From the NCBI GenBank assembly GCA_026419405.1, contig JANZZL010000005.1:6689-70688 (forward strand): DNA of 64,000 bases. Direction: 5' to 3'. Source of the DNA: Paracoccaceae bacterium (lineage in GTDB: Bacteria > Pseudomonadota > Alphaproteobacteria > Rhodobacterales > Rhodobacteraceae). Positions 1-13,942 of this stretch are shown here, one piece after another (positions within the stretch are counted from its first letter, which is position 1; the number at the start of each line of letters is the position of its first letter). Below the pieces are notes generated by a model. It saw nothing but the letters and a program-made list of their open reading frames with translations. It was not told the origin of the DNA and did not search any database. The position numbers and the translations under genes are program-made.

Positions 1-442
1 GGCGCCGTTCGACCTCGGGCAGGAGACGGCGGCCTTCGCCGCCGCCGCGGCGGGCGCGGGCGCCATCGTCACCTTCACCGGCGTGGTGCGCGACGAGGGG
101 GGGCGGCTCGCCCGGATGGAGATCGAGCACTACCCCGGCATGACCGAGCGGGCGATCGCCGCCATCGAGGCCGAGGCGGCGGCGCGCTGGAGCCTGACGG
201 CGAGCCTGGTGATCCACCGCCACGGGGCCATGGCGCCGGGCGAGCACATCATGATGGTGGCCACCGCCGCGCCGCACCGCGCCGACGCCTTCGCTGCGGC
301 CGAGTTCCTGATGGACTACCTCAAGTCCCGCGCCCCCTTCTGGAAGAAGGAGATCGGCGCCGGCGGCGGCGCCGCCTGGGTCGCCGCGCGGGCGGAGGAC
401 GAGGCGGCGCTGGCGCGCTGGCAGGCCGACCGCCGGGCGTAG
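1..442 (+). CDS. moaE: Molybdopterin synthase catalytic subunit MoaE (5' end outside window)
   Basis: Frame 2 is open from the window edge (APFDLGQETAAF..IVTFTGVVRDEGG..EHYPGMTE..MVATAAPHRADAF..FLMDYLKSRAPFWKKE), typical MoaE. The ORF-track start at 83 is internal. Confidence 0.85.
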   Translation, partial: APFDLGQETAAFAAAAAGAGAIVTFTGVVRDEGGRLARMEIEHYPGMTERAIAAIEAEAAARWSLTASLVIHRHGAMAPGEHIMMVATAAPHRADAFAAAEFLMDYLKSRAPFWKKEIGAGGGAAWVAARAEDEAALARWQADRRA

Positions 443-464
443 CGCCGCCCGGCGGCGCGGCGGA

Positions 465-1937
465 TCAGACGCTCATGCAGACGTACTTCATCTCGAGGTA
501 GTCCTCGATCCCGTGGCGCGAGCCCTCGCGGCCGAGGCCCGACTGCTTCACCCCGCCGAAGGGGGCGACCTCGGTCGAGATGATGCCGGTGTTGACCCCG
601 ACGATGCCGTATTCCAGCGCCTCGGCCACCTTCCAGACACGGCTGAGATCGCGGGCGTAGAAGTAGGAGGCGAGCCCGAAGATCGTGTCGTTGGCCAGTT
701 CGATCACCTCCTCGACCGTCTCGAAGCGGAAGAGCGGCGCGAGGGGGCCGAAGGTCTCCTCGTGCGCGAAGGCCATGTCCTTCGTGGCGCCGGTGACGAT
801 GGTGGGCTCGAAGAAGCAGCCCTCGATGCGCTTGCCGCCGAGGATCACCTGCGCGCCCTTCGACACCGCGTCCTCGATGTGCTCCTCGACCTTGAGCACC
901 GCATCCATGTTGACCAGGGGGCCGAGGTCGGTGCCCGCCTCGAGCCCGTCGCCGACCTTGAGCCTGGCCACCGCCGCCTTCAGCTTCTCGGCGAAGGCGT
1001 CGTAGACGCCGGCCTGCACGTAGATGCGGTTGGCGCAGACGCAGGTCTGGCCGTTGTTGCGGTACTTGCAGGCGATGGCGCCCTGCACGGCGGCGTCGAG
1101 GTCGGCGTCGTCGAACACGATGAAGGGGGCGTTGCCGCCGAGTTCCATCGAGCACTTCATCACCTGGTCGGCGGCCTGCTTGAGCAGGATCCGCCCGACC
1201 TCGGTCGAGCCGGTGAAGGTGAGCTTGCGCACCTTGGGGTTCTCGCAGAACTCCTTGCCGATGTCGGAGGCGCGCGCCGAGGTGATGACCGAGATGAGCC
1301 CCTTCGGCACCCCCGCCCGCTCGGCCAGCACCGCCATCGCCAGCGCCGAGAGCGGGGTTTCCTTCGCGGGCCGGGCGACGAAGCCGCAGCCGGCGGCGAG
1401 CGCGGGGCCGACCTTGCGGCCGATCATCGCCGAGGGGAAGTTCCACGGCGTGATCGAGGCGGCCACCCCGATCGGCTGGCGCAGCACGAGGAGCCGCTTG
1501 TCGGGCTGGTGGCCGGGGATCGTCTCGCCGTAGATGCGCTTGCCCTCCTCGGCGAACCATTCGATGAAGCTCGCCGAATAGGCGATCTCGCCCTTCGCCT
1601 CGGCGAGGGGCTTGCCCATCTCGGCGGTCAGGATGCGGGCGAGGTCGTCCTGGTTCGCCATCATCAGGTCGAACCAGCGGCGCAGCACGCTGGCGCGGTC
1701 CTTCGCGGTGCGCGCGGCCCAGCCCTTCATCGCGGCGTGGGCGGCGTCGATCGCGCGGGCGGCCTCCTTGCGGGAGAGGTCGGGGACCGTGCAGATCACG
1801 TCGCCGCGCGCGGGGTTCCGGACCTCGAAGGTCCGGCCGTCGTCGGCATCGACCCACTCGCCCGCGACGAAGGCCTTCGTGCAGAGCAGGGAGGGATCGC
1901 TCAGGAGCGAGCGGAGATCGGTGGCGGTGTCGAGCAT
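465..1937 (-). CDS. gabD: NAD(P)+ succinate-semialdehyde dehydrogenase (ALDH superfamily)
   Basis: 490-aa ORF. Has ITPWNFP, ELGGNAP and GQTCVCANR (catalytic Cys) motifs. Overall SSADH-like N-terminus (FVAGEWVDADDGRTFEVRNPA). Confidence 0.85.
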   Translation of the reverse strand: MLDTATDLRSLLSDPSLLCTKAFVAGEWVDADDGRTFEVRNPARGDVICTVPDLSRKEAARAIDAAHAAMKGWAARTAKDRASVLRRWFDLMMANQDDLARILTAEMGKPLAEAKGEIAYSASFIEWFAEEGKRIYGETIPGHQPDKRLLVLRQPIGVAASITPWNFPSAMIGRKVGPALAAGCGFVARPAKETPLSALAMAVLAERAGVPKGLISVITSARASDIGKEFCENPKVRKLTFTGSTEVGRILLKQAADQVMKCSMELGGNAPFIVFDDADLDAAVQGAIACKYRNNGQTCVCANRIYVQAGVYDAFAEKLKAAVARLKVGDGLEAGTDLGPLVNMDAVLKVEEHIEDAVSKGAQVILGGKRIEGCFFEPTIVTGATKDMAFAHEETFGPLAPLFRFETVEEVIELANDTIFGLASYFYARDLSRVWKVAEALEYGIVGVNTGIISTEVAPFGGVKQSGLGREGSRHGIEDYLEMKYVCMSV

Positions 1938-2025
1938 GGGGGAACCCTTCCTTCGGGGCTTGGCCGGGACGGCGCGTGCGGATTAGCTGTCGGCCGACAC
2001 GATAGCACCGCGGGAGGCATCCGCA

Positions 2026-2823
2026 ATGGACTGGGACGACGCCTATGCCAATGCCGCGCACATCCCCGGCGGCGCGGAGTTTCCCGCGAAGTGGGCGCGG
2101 CTGGCCGCCGAGCACCGGGCGGTGGAACAGGCCGTGGGGCGGGCCATGCTCAACCTGCGCTACGGGCCGGGGGCGCGGCAGGTGTGGGATCTGTTCCTGC
2201 CCGCCGGACCGGCACGGGGGCTCGTGGTCTTCGTGCACGGCGGCTACTGGCTCAGGTTCGACAAGAATTCCTGGTCGCATCTCGCCGCGGGGCCGGCCGA
2301 GCACGGCTGGGCGGTGGCGGTGCCCTCCTACACGCTGGCGCCCGAGGCGCGGATCGGGGCGATCGCGCGCGAGGTGGCCGCCGCGGTCGGGGCGGCGGCG
2401 GCGCGGGTCGCCGGGCCGCTGGTGCTGGCCGGCCATTCGGCGGGCGGGCAGATCGTGGCGCGGATCGCCGCGGCGGACTTCGCGCTGCCCGCGCGCGACC
2501 GGCTGCGGCGGGTGGTGCCGGTCTCGCCGCTGGGCGACCTCGCGCCGCTGATGCACACCGCGATGAACGCCGAGCTCGGCATCGATGCGGCCGAGGCGGC
2601 GGCCGAGAGCCCGGTTCGCCTGCCGCCGCCGCCGCAGGCGGAGGTGCATGTCTGGGTGGGTGCGGCGGAACGGCCGGCGTTCCTCGACCAGGCGCGGGGC
2701 CTCGCCGCGGCCTGGGGCGCGCGGCTGACGGAGGAGCCGGGGCGGCACCATTTCGACGTGGTCGAGGGGCTGGCCGATCCGGCAAGCCCGCTGACCGGCG
2801 CGGTCACGGCCGAGGCCGGCTAG
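2026..2823 (+). CDS. Alpha/beta hydrolase, arylformamidase/esterase-like
   Basis: 265 aa. HGGYW oxyanion motif and GHSAGG nucleophile elbow. Its stop shares a CTAG palindrome with the convergent next gene. Confidence 0.7.
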   Translation: MDWDDAYANAAHIPGGAEFPAKWARLAAEHRAVEQAVGRAMLNLRYGPGARQVWDLFLPAGPARGLVVFVHGGYWLRFDKNSWSHLAAGPAEHGWAVAVPSYTLAPEARIGAIAREVAAAVGAAAARVAGPLVLAGHSAGGQIVARIAAADFALPARDRLRRVVPVSPLGDLAPLMHTAMNAELGIDAAEAAAESPVRLPPPPQAEVHVWVGAAERPAFLDQARGLAAAWGARLTEEPGRHHFDVVEGLADPASPLTGAVTAEAG

Positions 2824-3638
2824 CCCAGCATCCGGTAGGCGGCGATGCCGAGCACGAGGAGCCCGACCGCGACGGTGAGCGGGCGCTTGGGCGCCCGCGC
2901 GGCGAGCCAGCCGCCCGCGAAGGCGGCCGGAACCCCGCCGCAGACGAGGCCGGCGACCGGATAGAGCACCTCGCGCCAGTCGCCCGTCTCGCCCCAGTGG
3001 CCGAGGTGGAAGGCGGCGAAGAGCGTGAGGAACACCACGGCGCTGACCGCGAACTCGCTGATGTTGGACGAGCCCACCGCGTAGCGCGGCGCCAGCCCCG
3101 AACCGAGCAGCCCCGAGGTGACGATCGGGCCCCAGCTGCCACCGATGCCCTCGATGGCGCCGCCCGAGGCGCCGATCAGCCTGAGCCGGTTGCCCGAGAT
3201 CACCACAGGCGCGATGCCGCGCAGGCCCCGCCAGAGGATCATCAGGCCGATGCCGGTGAGGTAGAGGTTGATGAGCCAGGCCAGCACCGGGCCCTTCAGG
3301 CTGGTGAGCAGCAGCGCCCCGGCGATGCCGCCGGCCGCGCCGTAGCCGGCGACCTTGCGCACCACCGCCCAGTCCACGTTGCCGTGCCACAGGTGCGAGG
3401 CGGCCGAGGTCGCGCCGGTGGGCAGCTTGGCGGCGTTGACCGAGGCCGAGACCAGCGGCGGCGGCAGGCCCTGGCCGAGCAGGATCGCCGAGGAGATCAC
3501 CCCGAAGCCCATGCCGAGCGCGCCGTCCACGAGCTGCGCGAGGAAGCCGACGAGCAGGAAGGCCCCGAACTCGCCCATGATGCCGTTCTCCGTTGCCGCA
3601 CGAACGGCAGGGGTATGTTCCCGCGTGCCCGGCCGCAA
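2820..3638 (-). CDS. TauE/SafE family sulfite/anion exporter membrane protein
   Basis: 272 aa, strongly hydrophobic multi-pass protein with Gly-rich TM segments typical of the TauE/SafE (DUF81) family. Confidence 0.8.
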   Translation of the reverse strand: MRPGTREHTPAVRAATENGIMGEFGAFLLVGFLAQLVDGALGMGFGVISSAILLGQGLPPPLVSASVNAAKLPTGATSAASHLWHGNVDWAVVRKVAGYGAAGGIAGALLLTSLKGPVLAWLINLYLTGIGLMILWRGLRGIAPVVISGNRLRLIGASGGAIEGIGGSWGPIVTSGLLGSGLAPRYAVGSSNISEFAVSAVVFLTLFAAFHLGHWGETGDWREVLYPVAGLVCGGVPAAFAGGWLAARAPKRPLTVAVGLLVLGIAAYRMLG

Positions 3639-3741
3639 GGGGGATCGCGCCCGCGGCCCCGCTCCGGCCGGAGCCCGCGTCGCCGGCGGCCGGCGCCCGC
3701 CCCTGCGGCAGCGGGGGGCCGGCCGCGCCCCCCGGAAGGGG

Positions 3742-7188
<3,447 letters not shown>

Positions 7189-7444
7189 CGCGGCGATTGC
7201 CCCGGATCGCCGGGCGGAAGTCAACCCTCCGCGCCGGACGGGCGTCTGCGGAACGGCCGGGCACGCGGCCCATTTTTCGGGATTTCTTGAAAGTGCTGCA
7301 TGCCGGGACGGCGAGGAAAGGCTTGCCAGACGGGCGCGCCAGGTGGTTCCCTTCCGCCAGGGAATGGGCGCGCGACCTGCCTTACGCCGCATCGGGCGGT
7401 CGCGCAAGTGGCCCGGACGGGGAGAAGGCGGCGGGTCTGCGAAC

Positions 7445-8818
7445 ATGGCCGAGACCACGTTTCTTCTGAACGGGGAGACGGTCACCGTGACGGGCGAGCC
7501 GCCGACGCGCACCCTGCTCGACTGGCTGCGCGAGCGGCGCGGGCTGACCGGCACCAAGGAAGGCTGCAACGAGGGCGACTGCGGCGCCTGCACGGTCATC
7601 GTGCTGGACGGCGCGGGCGCGCAGCGGCGCGCGGCCGCGGTGAACGCCTGCATCACCTTCCTGCCGCAGCTGCACGGGCGGGCGGTGCGCACGGTGGAGG
7701 GGATCGCCGCCCCCGACGGCAGGCTGCACCCGGTGCAGCAGGCGCTGATCGACCATCACGGCTCGCAATGCGGGTTCTGCACGCCGGGGATCGTGGCCTC
7801 GCTCGTCGCCGCCGGCCTCAGGCGCGACCGCGCCTTCGACGATGTGCTCGCCGGGAACCTGTGCCGCTGCACCGGCTACGCGCCGATCGTGCGCGCGGCC
7901 GAGGCGGTCGATCCGGCCTTCGTGCCCGACTGGATCGACGACGTGCCGCCCGAGGTCGCGCCCGCGGCCTTCGCCCCCGAGACGGCGGAGGCGCTGGCCG
8001 CGTGGTATCTGGCCAACCCCGATGCGACCCTGGTCGCCGGGGCGACCGACGTCGGCCTCTGGGTCACCAAGGCGCTGCGCGACCTGCCGAAGGTCGCCTT
8101 CCTCAACCGCTGCGCGGACCTCCGCCGCGTCGAGGAGGGCGCGGAGGGGCTGCGGATCGGCGCGGGCGTGACGATCGAGGAGCTGCGCGCCCTGATGGCG
8201 CCGCGGCAGCCGTCCTTCGCCGAGCTGCTGCGCCGCTTCGGCTCGGCCCAGGTGCGCGCCAGCGCCACGATCGGCGGCAACATCGCCAACGGCTCGCCCA
8301 TCGGCGACGGGCCGCCGGCGCTGATCGCGCTCGGGGCGACGCTGCACCTGCGCCGGGGCGAGGCGCGGCGGACGATCCCGCTCGAGGCCTTCTTCCTCGA
8401 CTACGGCCGGCAGGACCGGCAGCCGGGCGAGTTCGTCGAGGCGGTGACGGTTCCCGCCGCGGCGGGAGAGCTGCGCTGCTACAAGCTCTCCAAGCGCTTC
8501 GACCAGGACATCTCGGCGGTCTGCGGCTGCTTCCTGATCCGCGTCGAGGACGGGGTGGTGACCGGGGCGCGCATCGCCTTCGGCGGCATGGCGGGCATTC
8601 CGAAGCGGGCCGCGCGGGTCGAGGCGGCGCTGCTCGGGCGGCCCTGGACGCTGGCCACGGTGGAGGCGGCGCTGCCCGCCTTCGCCGAGGACTTCACGCC
8701 GATTTCCGACATGCGCGCCTCGGCCGGCTACCGGATGGAGGCGGCGCGCGGCATGCTGCTGCGGGCCTTCCACGAAAGCCGGGGCACCCCGGTCTCGGTG
8801 CTGGAGGTGGCTCCGTGA
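7445..8818 (+). CDS. xdhA: Xanthine dehydrogenase small subunit (2Fe-2S + FAD)
   Basis: ATG at 7445 gives [11 protein letters not shown]. Has [11 protein letters not shown] and CGFCTPG iron-sulfur motifs, then an FAD-binding domain ([16 protein letters not shown]). Confidence 0.9.
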   Translation: MAETTFLLNGETVTVTGEPPTRTLLDWLRERRGLTGTKEGCNEGDCGACTVIVLDGAGAQRRAAAVNACITFLPQLHGRAVRTVEGIAAPDGRLHPVQQALIDHHGSQCGFCTPGIVASLVAAGLRRDRAFDDVLAGNLCRCTGYAPIVRAAEAVDPAFVPDWIDDVPPEVAPAAFAPETAEALAAWYLANPDATLVAGATDVGLWVTKALRDLPKVAFLNRCADLRRVEEGAEGLRIGAGVTIEELRALMAPRQPSFAELLRRFGSAQVRASATIGGNIANGSPIGDGPPALIALGATLHLRRGEARRTIPLEAFFLDYGRQDRQPGEFVEAVTVPAAAGELRCYKLSKRFDQDISAVCGCFLIRVEDGVVTGARIAFGGMAGIPKRAARVEAALLGRPWTLATVEAALPAFAEDFTPISDMRASAGYRMEAARGMLLRAFHESRGTPVSVLEVAP

Positions 8819-11286
8819 GCGTGCACCAGCCCCTGCCGCACGACGCGGCCGCCCTGCACGTCACCGGGCGGGCGCGCTACATCGACGACATCCCCGTGCC
8901 CGCGAACACGCTGCACCTCGCCTTCGGGCTCTCCTCGGTCGCCGCCGGGCGCTGGACGGCGATGGACCTCTCGGCGGTGCGCGCCGCGCCGGGGGTGGTG
9001 GCGGTGCTGACGGCGGCCGACCTGCCGCATGCCAACGACGTCTCGCCCGCGCCGGCCTTCCACGAGGAGATGCTCTCGTCGGGCGAGGTGCACTATCTCG
9101 GGATGCCGCTCTTCCTCGTGGTCGCCGAGAGCCACCTCGCCGCGCGCAGGGCGGCGCGGCTCGCCCGCGTGAGCTACGAGGAGCGCGCGCCGGTCCTCAC
9201 CATCGACGAGGCGCTCGCCGCGGACTGGCGCTTCGAGGAGGGCCCGCGGATCTGGGAGACGGGCGACGCCGAGGCCGCGATCGCCGCCGCGCCGCGGGTG
9301 GTCGCGGGGCGGATCGAGATCGGCGGGCAGGAACATTTCTACCTCGAGGGCCAGGCGGCGCTGGCGCTGCCGCAGGAGGGGGGTGACATGGTCGTCCACG
9401 CCTCCTCGCAGCACCCGACCGAGATCCAGCACAAGGTGGCCGAGGCGCTCGGCGTGCCGATGCACGCGGTGCGGGTCGAGGTGCGCCGGATGGGCGGCGG
9501 CTTCGGCGGCAAGGAAAGCCAGGGCAACGCGCTGGCGGTGGCCTGCGCGGTCGCGGCACGGGCCACGGGCCGGCCCTGCAAGATGCGCTACGACCGCGAC
9601 GACGACATGATGATCACCGGCAAGCGGCACGACTTCCGCATCGACTACCGCGTCGGGATCACGCCCGAGGGGCGCATCCTCGGCATCGTCTTCGAGCAGT
9701 TCTGCCGTTGCGGCTGGAGCCTCGACCTGAGCCTGCCGGTCGCCGACCGGGCGATGCTGCATGCCGACAACGCCTATCACCTGCCCGCGGCGCGGATCGT
9801 CAGCCACCGGCTGCGCACCAACACCCAGTCGGCCACCGCCTTCCGCGGCTTCGGCGGGCCGCAGGGCATGCTGGGGATCGAGCGGGTGATGGACCACATC
9901 GCCCATGCGCTGGGCCGCGATCCGCTCGAGGTGCGGCGGCTGAACTTCTACCGCCCGGCGGCGGCGCGGGCGGGGGGGCCGTCTGCCCCCCCGGCGCCTT
10001 CGGCGCGCCCCCCCGAGAGTATTTCCGACAGGATGAAGGAGCCGGAAGCGGAGGCGACGCCCGACCTCGCCTGGCACGGGGCCGAGGGGGGAGCAGTGCC
10101 GCAGGCGGCAGCCCGGACACCGCCGACCGTCGGCGCGACGGACGCCCAGACCACGCCCTACGGGCAGCCGGTCGAGGACTTCGTGCTGCACGAGCTGGTG
10201 GCGGAGCTCGCGCGGACCTCGGACTACGCGGCGCGGCGCGACGCGGTGCGGGCCTGGAACGCCGCCAGCCCGATCCTGAAGAAGGGGATCGCGCTCACGC
10301 CGGTGAAGTTCGGCATCAGCTTCACGCTGACGCATCTCAACCAGGCCGGCGCGCTCGTCCACGTCTACCAGGACGGCTCGATCCACATGAACCATGGCGG
10401 AACCGAGATGGGACAGGGCCTGTTCCGCAAGGTGGCGCAGGTGGCCGCGGCGGCCTTCGGGGTGGATGTCTCGGCGGTGAAGATCACCGCGACCGACACC
10501 GCCAAGGTGCCCAACACCTCGGCCACCGCCGCCTCCTCGGGCAGCGACCTCAACGGCATGGCGGTCAAGGCCGCCTGCGAGGCGATCCGCGAGCGCATGG
10601 CCGCGCATCTTGCGGCCCGGCACCAGGCCGACCCGGCCTCGGTCGTGTTCGAGGGCGGCCGGGTGCGGGTGGCGGGCGCCGACTACAGCTTCGCCGAGGT
10701 CGCGCACGACGCCTGGGCGAACCGCGTCAGCCTCTCGGCCACGGGCTTCTACCGGACGCCGAAGATCGTCTGGGACCGGATCCGCGGCCGGGGCCGGCCC
10801 TTCTACTACTTCGCCTATGGTGCCGCCGTCACCGAGGTGGTGATCGACACGCTGACCGGCGAGAACCGCATCCTGCGGGCCGACATCCTGCACGACTGCG
10901 GCGCCTCGCTGAACCCGGCGATCGACATCGGCCAGATCGAGGGCGGCTACGTGCAGGGCGCGGGCTGGCTGACCACCGAGGAGCTTGTGTGGGACGCCAA
11001 GGGGCGGCTCAGGACGCACGCGCCCTCGACCTACAAGATCCCGGCCTGTTCCGACCGGCCGCGGGTGTTCAACGTGGCGCTCTGGCCCGGCGAGAACCGC
11101 GAGGAGACGATCTACCGCTCGAAGGCGGTGGGCGAGCCGCCGCTGATGCTGGGCATCTCGGCGCTGATGGCGCTGTCGGACGCGGTGGCCGCCTGCGGCG
11201 ACGGCACCGTCTACCCCGCGCTCGACGCGCCGGCCACGCCGGAGCGGGTGCTGGCGGCGGTGCGCCGCGTCAGGGGGGCGGCATGA
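8815..11286 (+). CDS. xdhB: Xanthine dehydrogenase molybdopterin-binding large subunit, carrying an in-frame repeat-derived insertion
   Basis: GTG at 8815 overlaps the xdhA stop (GTGA). Has [32 protein letters not shown] and a conserved C-terminal Mo-binding region. Residues about 380-445 are Pro/Ala-rich and contain repeat copy A. Confidence 0.9.
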   Translation: MSVHQPLPHDAAALHVTGRARYIDDIPVPANTLHLAFGLSSVAAGRWTAMDLSAVRAAPGVVAVLTAADLPHANDVSPAPAFHEEMLSSGEVHYLGMPLFLVVAESHLAARRAARLARVSYEERAPVLTIDEALAADWRFEEGPRIWETGDAEAAIAAAPRVVAGRIEIGGQEHFYLEGQAALALPQEGGDMVVHASSQHPTEIQHKVAEALGVPMHAVRVEVRRMGGGFGGKESQGNALAVACAVAARATGRPCKMRYDRDDDMMITGKRHDFRIDYRVGITPEGRILGIVFEQFCRCGWSLDLSLPVADRAMLHADNAYHLPAARIVSHRLRTNTQSATAFRGFGGPQGMLGIERVMDHIAHALGRDPLEVRRLNFYRPAAARAGGPSAPPAPSARPPESISDRMKEPEAEATPDLAWHGAEGGAVPQAAARTPPTVGATDAQTTPYGQPVEDFVLHELVAELARTSDYAARRDAVRAWNAASPILKKGIALTPVKFGISFTLTHLNQAGALVHVYQDGSIHMNHGGTEMGQGLFRKVAQVAAAAFGVDVSAVKITATDTAKVPNTSATAASSGSDLNGMAVKAACEAIRERMAAHLAARHQADPASVVFEGGRVRVAGADYSFAEVAHDAWANRVSLSATGFYRTPKIVWDRIRGRGRPFYYFAYGAAVTEVVIDTLTGENRILRADILHDCGASLNPAIDIGQIEGGYVQGAGWLTTEELVWDAKGRLRTHAPSTYKIPACSDRPRVFNVALWPGENREETIYRSKAVGEPPLMLGISALMALSDAVAACGDGTVYPALDAPATPERVLAAVRRVRGAA
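9972..10039 (+). repeat. Repeat family copy A (inside xdhB, in frame)
   Basis: gggggggccgtctgccccccc-ggcgccttcggcgcg-cccccccgagagtatttccgacaggatgaagg. The right arm is identical to copy D. Confidence 0.85.
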
Positions 11287-12284
11287 GCCTCGACCTCGAG
11301 GCCCTGCGCGCCGCCGTGGCCCGCGAGGGCCGCGTCGCCCGCGTGGTCGTGGCCGAGGCGAAGGGCTCGGCCCCGCGCGAGGCCGGCGCGGCGATGCTGG
11401 TCTGGCCGGGCGGCCAGGAGGGGACGATCGGCGGCGGGGCGCTGGAATGGCAGGCCACGGCGCGCGCCCGCGCGCTGCTCGACCGGGCCGCGCAGGTCGC
11501 GGGCGCCAGGGTGGACCGCCAGGCGCTCGGCCCCGACCTGCAGCAGTGCTGCGGCGGGGCGGTCACGCTGGTGACCGAGGTCTTCGACGCGGACGCGCTC
11601 GACCGGCTTGCCCCGGCCGCGGGCCTCGTCGCGCGGCGCGTCGCGGGCGGGGCGGAGGCGGGAACGTCGGACGGCGGAATGTCGGACGGGGCCGAGATGC
11701 CGCTTGCGGTGCGCCGGCGGCTCCGGGCGGCGCGCGGAGAGGGCGCGCGCGGCGCGACGGCGCTGATCGAGGGCTGGCTGGTGGAGCCGCTTGCCGCGCC
11801 CGCGCGCCAGGTCTGGATCTGGGGGGCGGGGCACGTGGGCCGCGCGCTCGTGGCCGTGCTCGCGCCGCTGCCCGAGCTGTCGCTCACCTGGATCGACACC
11901 GCCGCGGAGCGGTTCCCCGCGGCGGTTCCGCCGGGGGTCGAGACGGTGGTGGCGGCGGACCCGGCCGCGCTCGTGCCCTTCGCGCCGCCGCGGGCCGAGC
12001 ACTTCGTCCTGACCTATTCGCACGCGCTCGACCTCGCGCTCTGCCATGCGCTGCTCGGGCGCGGCTTCGCGCGCTGCGGGCTGATCGGCTCGGCCACGAA
12101 GCGCGCGCGCTTCCGCCGGCGGCTCGCCGAGCTCGGCCATGCGCCGGAGGCGATCGCGCGGATCGACTGCCCGATCGGCGACCCCGCGCTCGGCAAGCAT
12201 CCGCAGGCGATCGCGATCTCGGTCGCGGCGGCGCTGCTGGCGGCGGGTCGGCGGAGCGCGGGCGCAAGGGAGGGCGCGGCATGA
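11283..12284 (+). CDS. xdhC: Xanthine dehydrogenase accessory/maturation protein XdhC
   Basis: ATGA overlap with the xdhB stop. XdhC/CoxI-like features: GSAPREAGAAMLV, GTIGGGALE, WIWGAGHVGRAL Rossmann-like motif. Confidence 0.85.
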   Translation: MSLDLEALRAAVAREGRVARVVVAEAKGSAPREAGAAMLVWPGGQEGTIGGGALEWQATARARALLDRAAQVAGARVDRQALGPDLQQCCGGAVTLVTEVFDADALDRLAPAAGLVARRVAGGAEAGTSDGGMSDGAEMPLAVRRRLRAARGEGARGATALIEGWLVEPLAAPARQVWIWGAGHVGRALVAVLAPLPELSLTWIDTAAERFPAAVPPGVETVVAADPAALVPFAPPRAEHFVLTYSHALDLALCHALLGRGFARCGLIGSATKRARFRRRLAELGHAPEAIARIDCPIGDPALGKHPQAIAISVAAALLAAGRRSAGAREGAA

Positions 12285-13840
12285 GGCAGGCCGAGGGGAT
12301 GCTGCTCGAGGTCGAGGGCCTGACCAAGGCCTATCCCGGCGTGGTGGCCAACAGCGGGGTGAGCTTCGCGGTCGCCCCCGGTGAGGTGCATGCGCTTCTG
12401 GGCGAGAACGGGGCAGGCAAGTCCACGCTGGTCAAGACCGTCTACGGCCTGATCCGGCCCGACGCGGGGCGGATGCGGCTTGAGGGGCGCGACTACGCCC
12501 CCGCCAGCCCGAGCGAGGCGCGCCGGGCCGGCGTGGCGATGGTGTTCCAGCACTTCTCGCTGTTCGAGGCGCTGGGCGTGGCCGAGAACGTGGCGCTGGG
12601 CATGGAGACGCCGCCGCCGATGCGCGAGCTGTCAGGCCGGATCCGCGAGGTGAGCCAGGCCTACGGCCTGCCGCTGGACCCCGAGCGGCTGGTGGGCGAC
12701 CTCTCGGCGGGCGAGCGCCAGCGGGTGGAGATCGTGCGCTGCCTGCTGCAGGACCCCAAGCTCCTGATCATGGACGAGCCGACGAGCGTGCTAACCCCGC
12801 AGGAGGTGGAGATCCTGTTCCACACGCTCAGGAAGCTTTCGGCCGAGGGCACGGCGATCCTCTACATCTCGCACAAGCTCGAGGAGATCCGCGCGCTCTG
12901 CGATGCCGCGACGATCCTGCGCCACGGCAAGGTCGTGGCGACCTGCGACCCGAAGGCCTGCACGGCGCGGGAGATGGCGGAGATGATGGTGGGGGCGAGC
13001 TTCGCCGCGCCGGCAAGGGCCGAGCGGCCGCGGGGCGCGCCGCTTGTCGAGGTGCGCGGCCTGTCCATGCCCTCGGCCAACCCCTTCGGCACGCCGCTGC
13101 GCGAGGTGAGCTTCTCGGTGGCGGCGGGCGAGATCCTCGGCATCGGCGGCGTCGCCGGCAACGGCCAGGACGAGCTGCTGGCGGCGCTGTCGGGCGAGGC
13201 CCGGGCGGCGCCGGGCGCGATCCGGTTCCGCGGCGCGGACATCGGCGGGCTCGGCCCGGTCGAGCGGCGGCGGCTCGGGCTCTGCGCGGCGCCCGAGGAA
13301 CGGCTGGGCCATGCCGCGGCGCCGGACATGAGCCTGACCGAGAACGCCTTGCTGACCGGGGTGGTGCGCGAGGGCCTTGCCACCCGCGGCTTCGTCGACT
13401 GGGGCCGGACCCGCGGCTTTGCCGAACGGATCATCCGGGCCTTCGACGTGCGCACGCCGGGGCCCGGCGTCGCGGCGCGGGCGCTCTCGGGGGGCAACCT
13501 CCAGAAGTTCGTGATCGGGCGGGAGGTGCTCCAGAGGCCCGAGGCGCTGGTCGTCAACCAGCCGACCTGGGGGGTGGATGCCGCCGCGGCGGCGGCGATC
13601 CGGCAGGCGCTGCTCGACCTCGCCTCCGGGGGCGCGGCGGTGATCGTGATCAGCCAGGATCTCGACGAGCTGCTCGAGATCGCCGATCGCTTCGCCGCGC
13701 TGAACGAGGGCCGGCTGAGCGCCCCGCGCCCGACGCAGGGCCTTTCGTTGGAGGAGATCGGACTGATGATGGGGGGAGCGCACGGGATGCACGAGGCCGA
13801 CATCGCGGCCGCGCACGAGGCCGAGGCCCATGCCGGCTGA
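12281..13840 (+). CDS. ABC transporter ATP-binding protein, duplicated ATPase (BMP/nucleoside-type system)
   Basis: ATGA overlap with the xdhC stop. Two ABC domains (GENGAGKST Walker A, LSAGERQRVEI signature; second domain GVAGNGQDEL, LSGGNLQK). Confidence 0.9.
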   Translation: MRQAEGMLLEVEGLTKAYPGVVANSGVSFAVAPGEVHALLGENGAGKSTLVKTVYGLIRPDAGRMRLEGRDYAPASPSEARRAGVAMVFQHFSLFEALGVAENVALGMETPPPMRELSGRIREVSQAYGLPLDPERLVGDLSAGERQRVEIVRCLLQDPKLLIMDEPTSVLTPQEVEILFHTLRKLSAEGTAILYISHKLEEIRALCDAATILRHGKVVATCDPKACTAREMAEMMVGASFAAPARAERPRGAPLVEVRGLSMPSANPFGTPLREVSFSVAAGEILGIGGVAGNGQDELLAALSGEARAAPGAIRFRGADIGGLGPVERRRLGLCAAPEERLGHAAAPDMSLTENALLTGVVREGLATRGFVDWGRTRGFAERIIRAFDVRTPGPGVAARALSGGNLQKFVIGREVLQRPEALVVNQPTWGVDAAAAAAIRQALLDLASGGAAVIVISQDLDELLEIADRFAALNEGRLSAPRPTQGLSLEEIGLMMGGAHGMHEADIAAAHEAEAHAG

Positions 13841-13876
13841 GGTCGCCCGGCGCCGTGCCTGCGGCCGCCGTGGCGC

Positions 13877-13930
13877 GGGGGGCCGCCTGCCCCCCGCGGC
13901 CCCCCGGGAGTATTTGCAACAGGCTGAAGG
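13877..13930 (+). repeat. Repeat family copy B (ABC ATPase | permease junction)
   Basis: ggggggccgcctgcccccc-gcgg-ccccccgggagtatttgcaacaggctgaagg. Ends 12 nt before the ATG at 13943. Confidence 0.85.
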
Positions 13931-13942
13931 GAGGGGTTGCGG

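Noticed and set aside
3713-3733. A G6C / GC6 hairpin just downstream of the dnaE stop, considered as a possible seventh copy of the repeat family.
   Set aside because: It has only a G-run/C-run stem and lacks both the CCGYCTG loop and the ..GTATTTGCAAC..GAAGG right arm. It is more simply a GC-rich terminator-like hairpin.
7189-7692. A 168-codon N-terminal extension of the dnaE ORF.
   Set aside because: The conserved PHP-domain N-terminus begins at the ATG at 7188 ([16 protein letters not shown]). The extension is low-complexity and overlaps the divergent xdhA promoter region and start.
7300-8814. The upstream part of the 1328-aa ORF in the xdhB frame, and the antisense ORFs 7382..8773 and 8728..11019.
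   Set aside because: They overlap the well-supported xdhA and xdhB genes. xdhB homology starts at the GTG at 8815, which overlaps the xdhA stop.
13905-13930. Reading the repeat's TATTTGCAAC as a sigma-54 -12 element (TTGCA) or a sigma-70 -35 box, which would make the element a mobile promoter.
   Set aside because: There is no TGGCAC-like -24 element at the required spacing (the upstream sequence is C-run/GAGAG), and no convincing -10 follows. The strict co-orientation inside operons fits an RNA-level element better. This cannot be excluded without TSS data.
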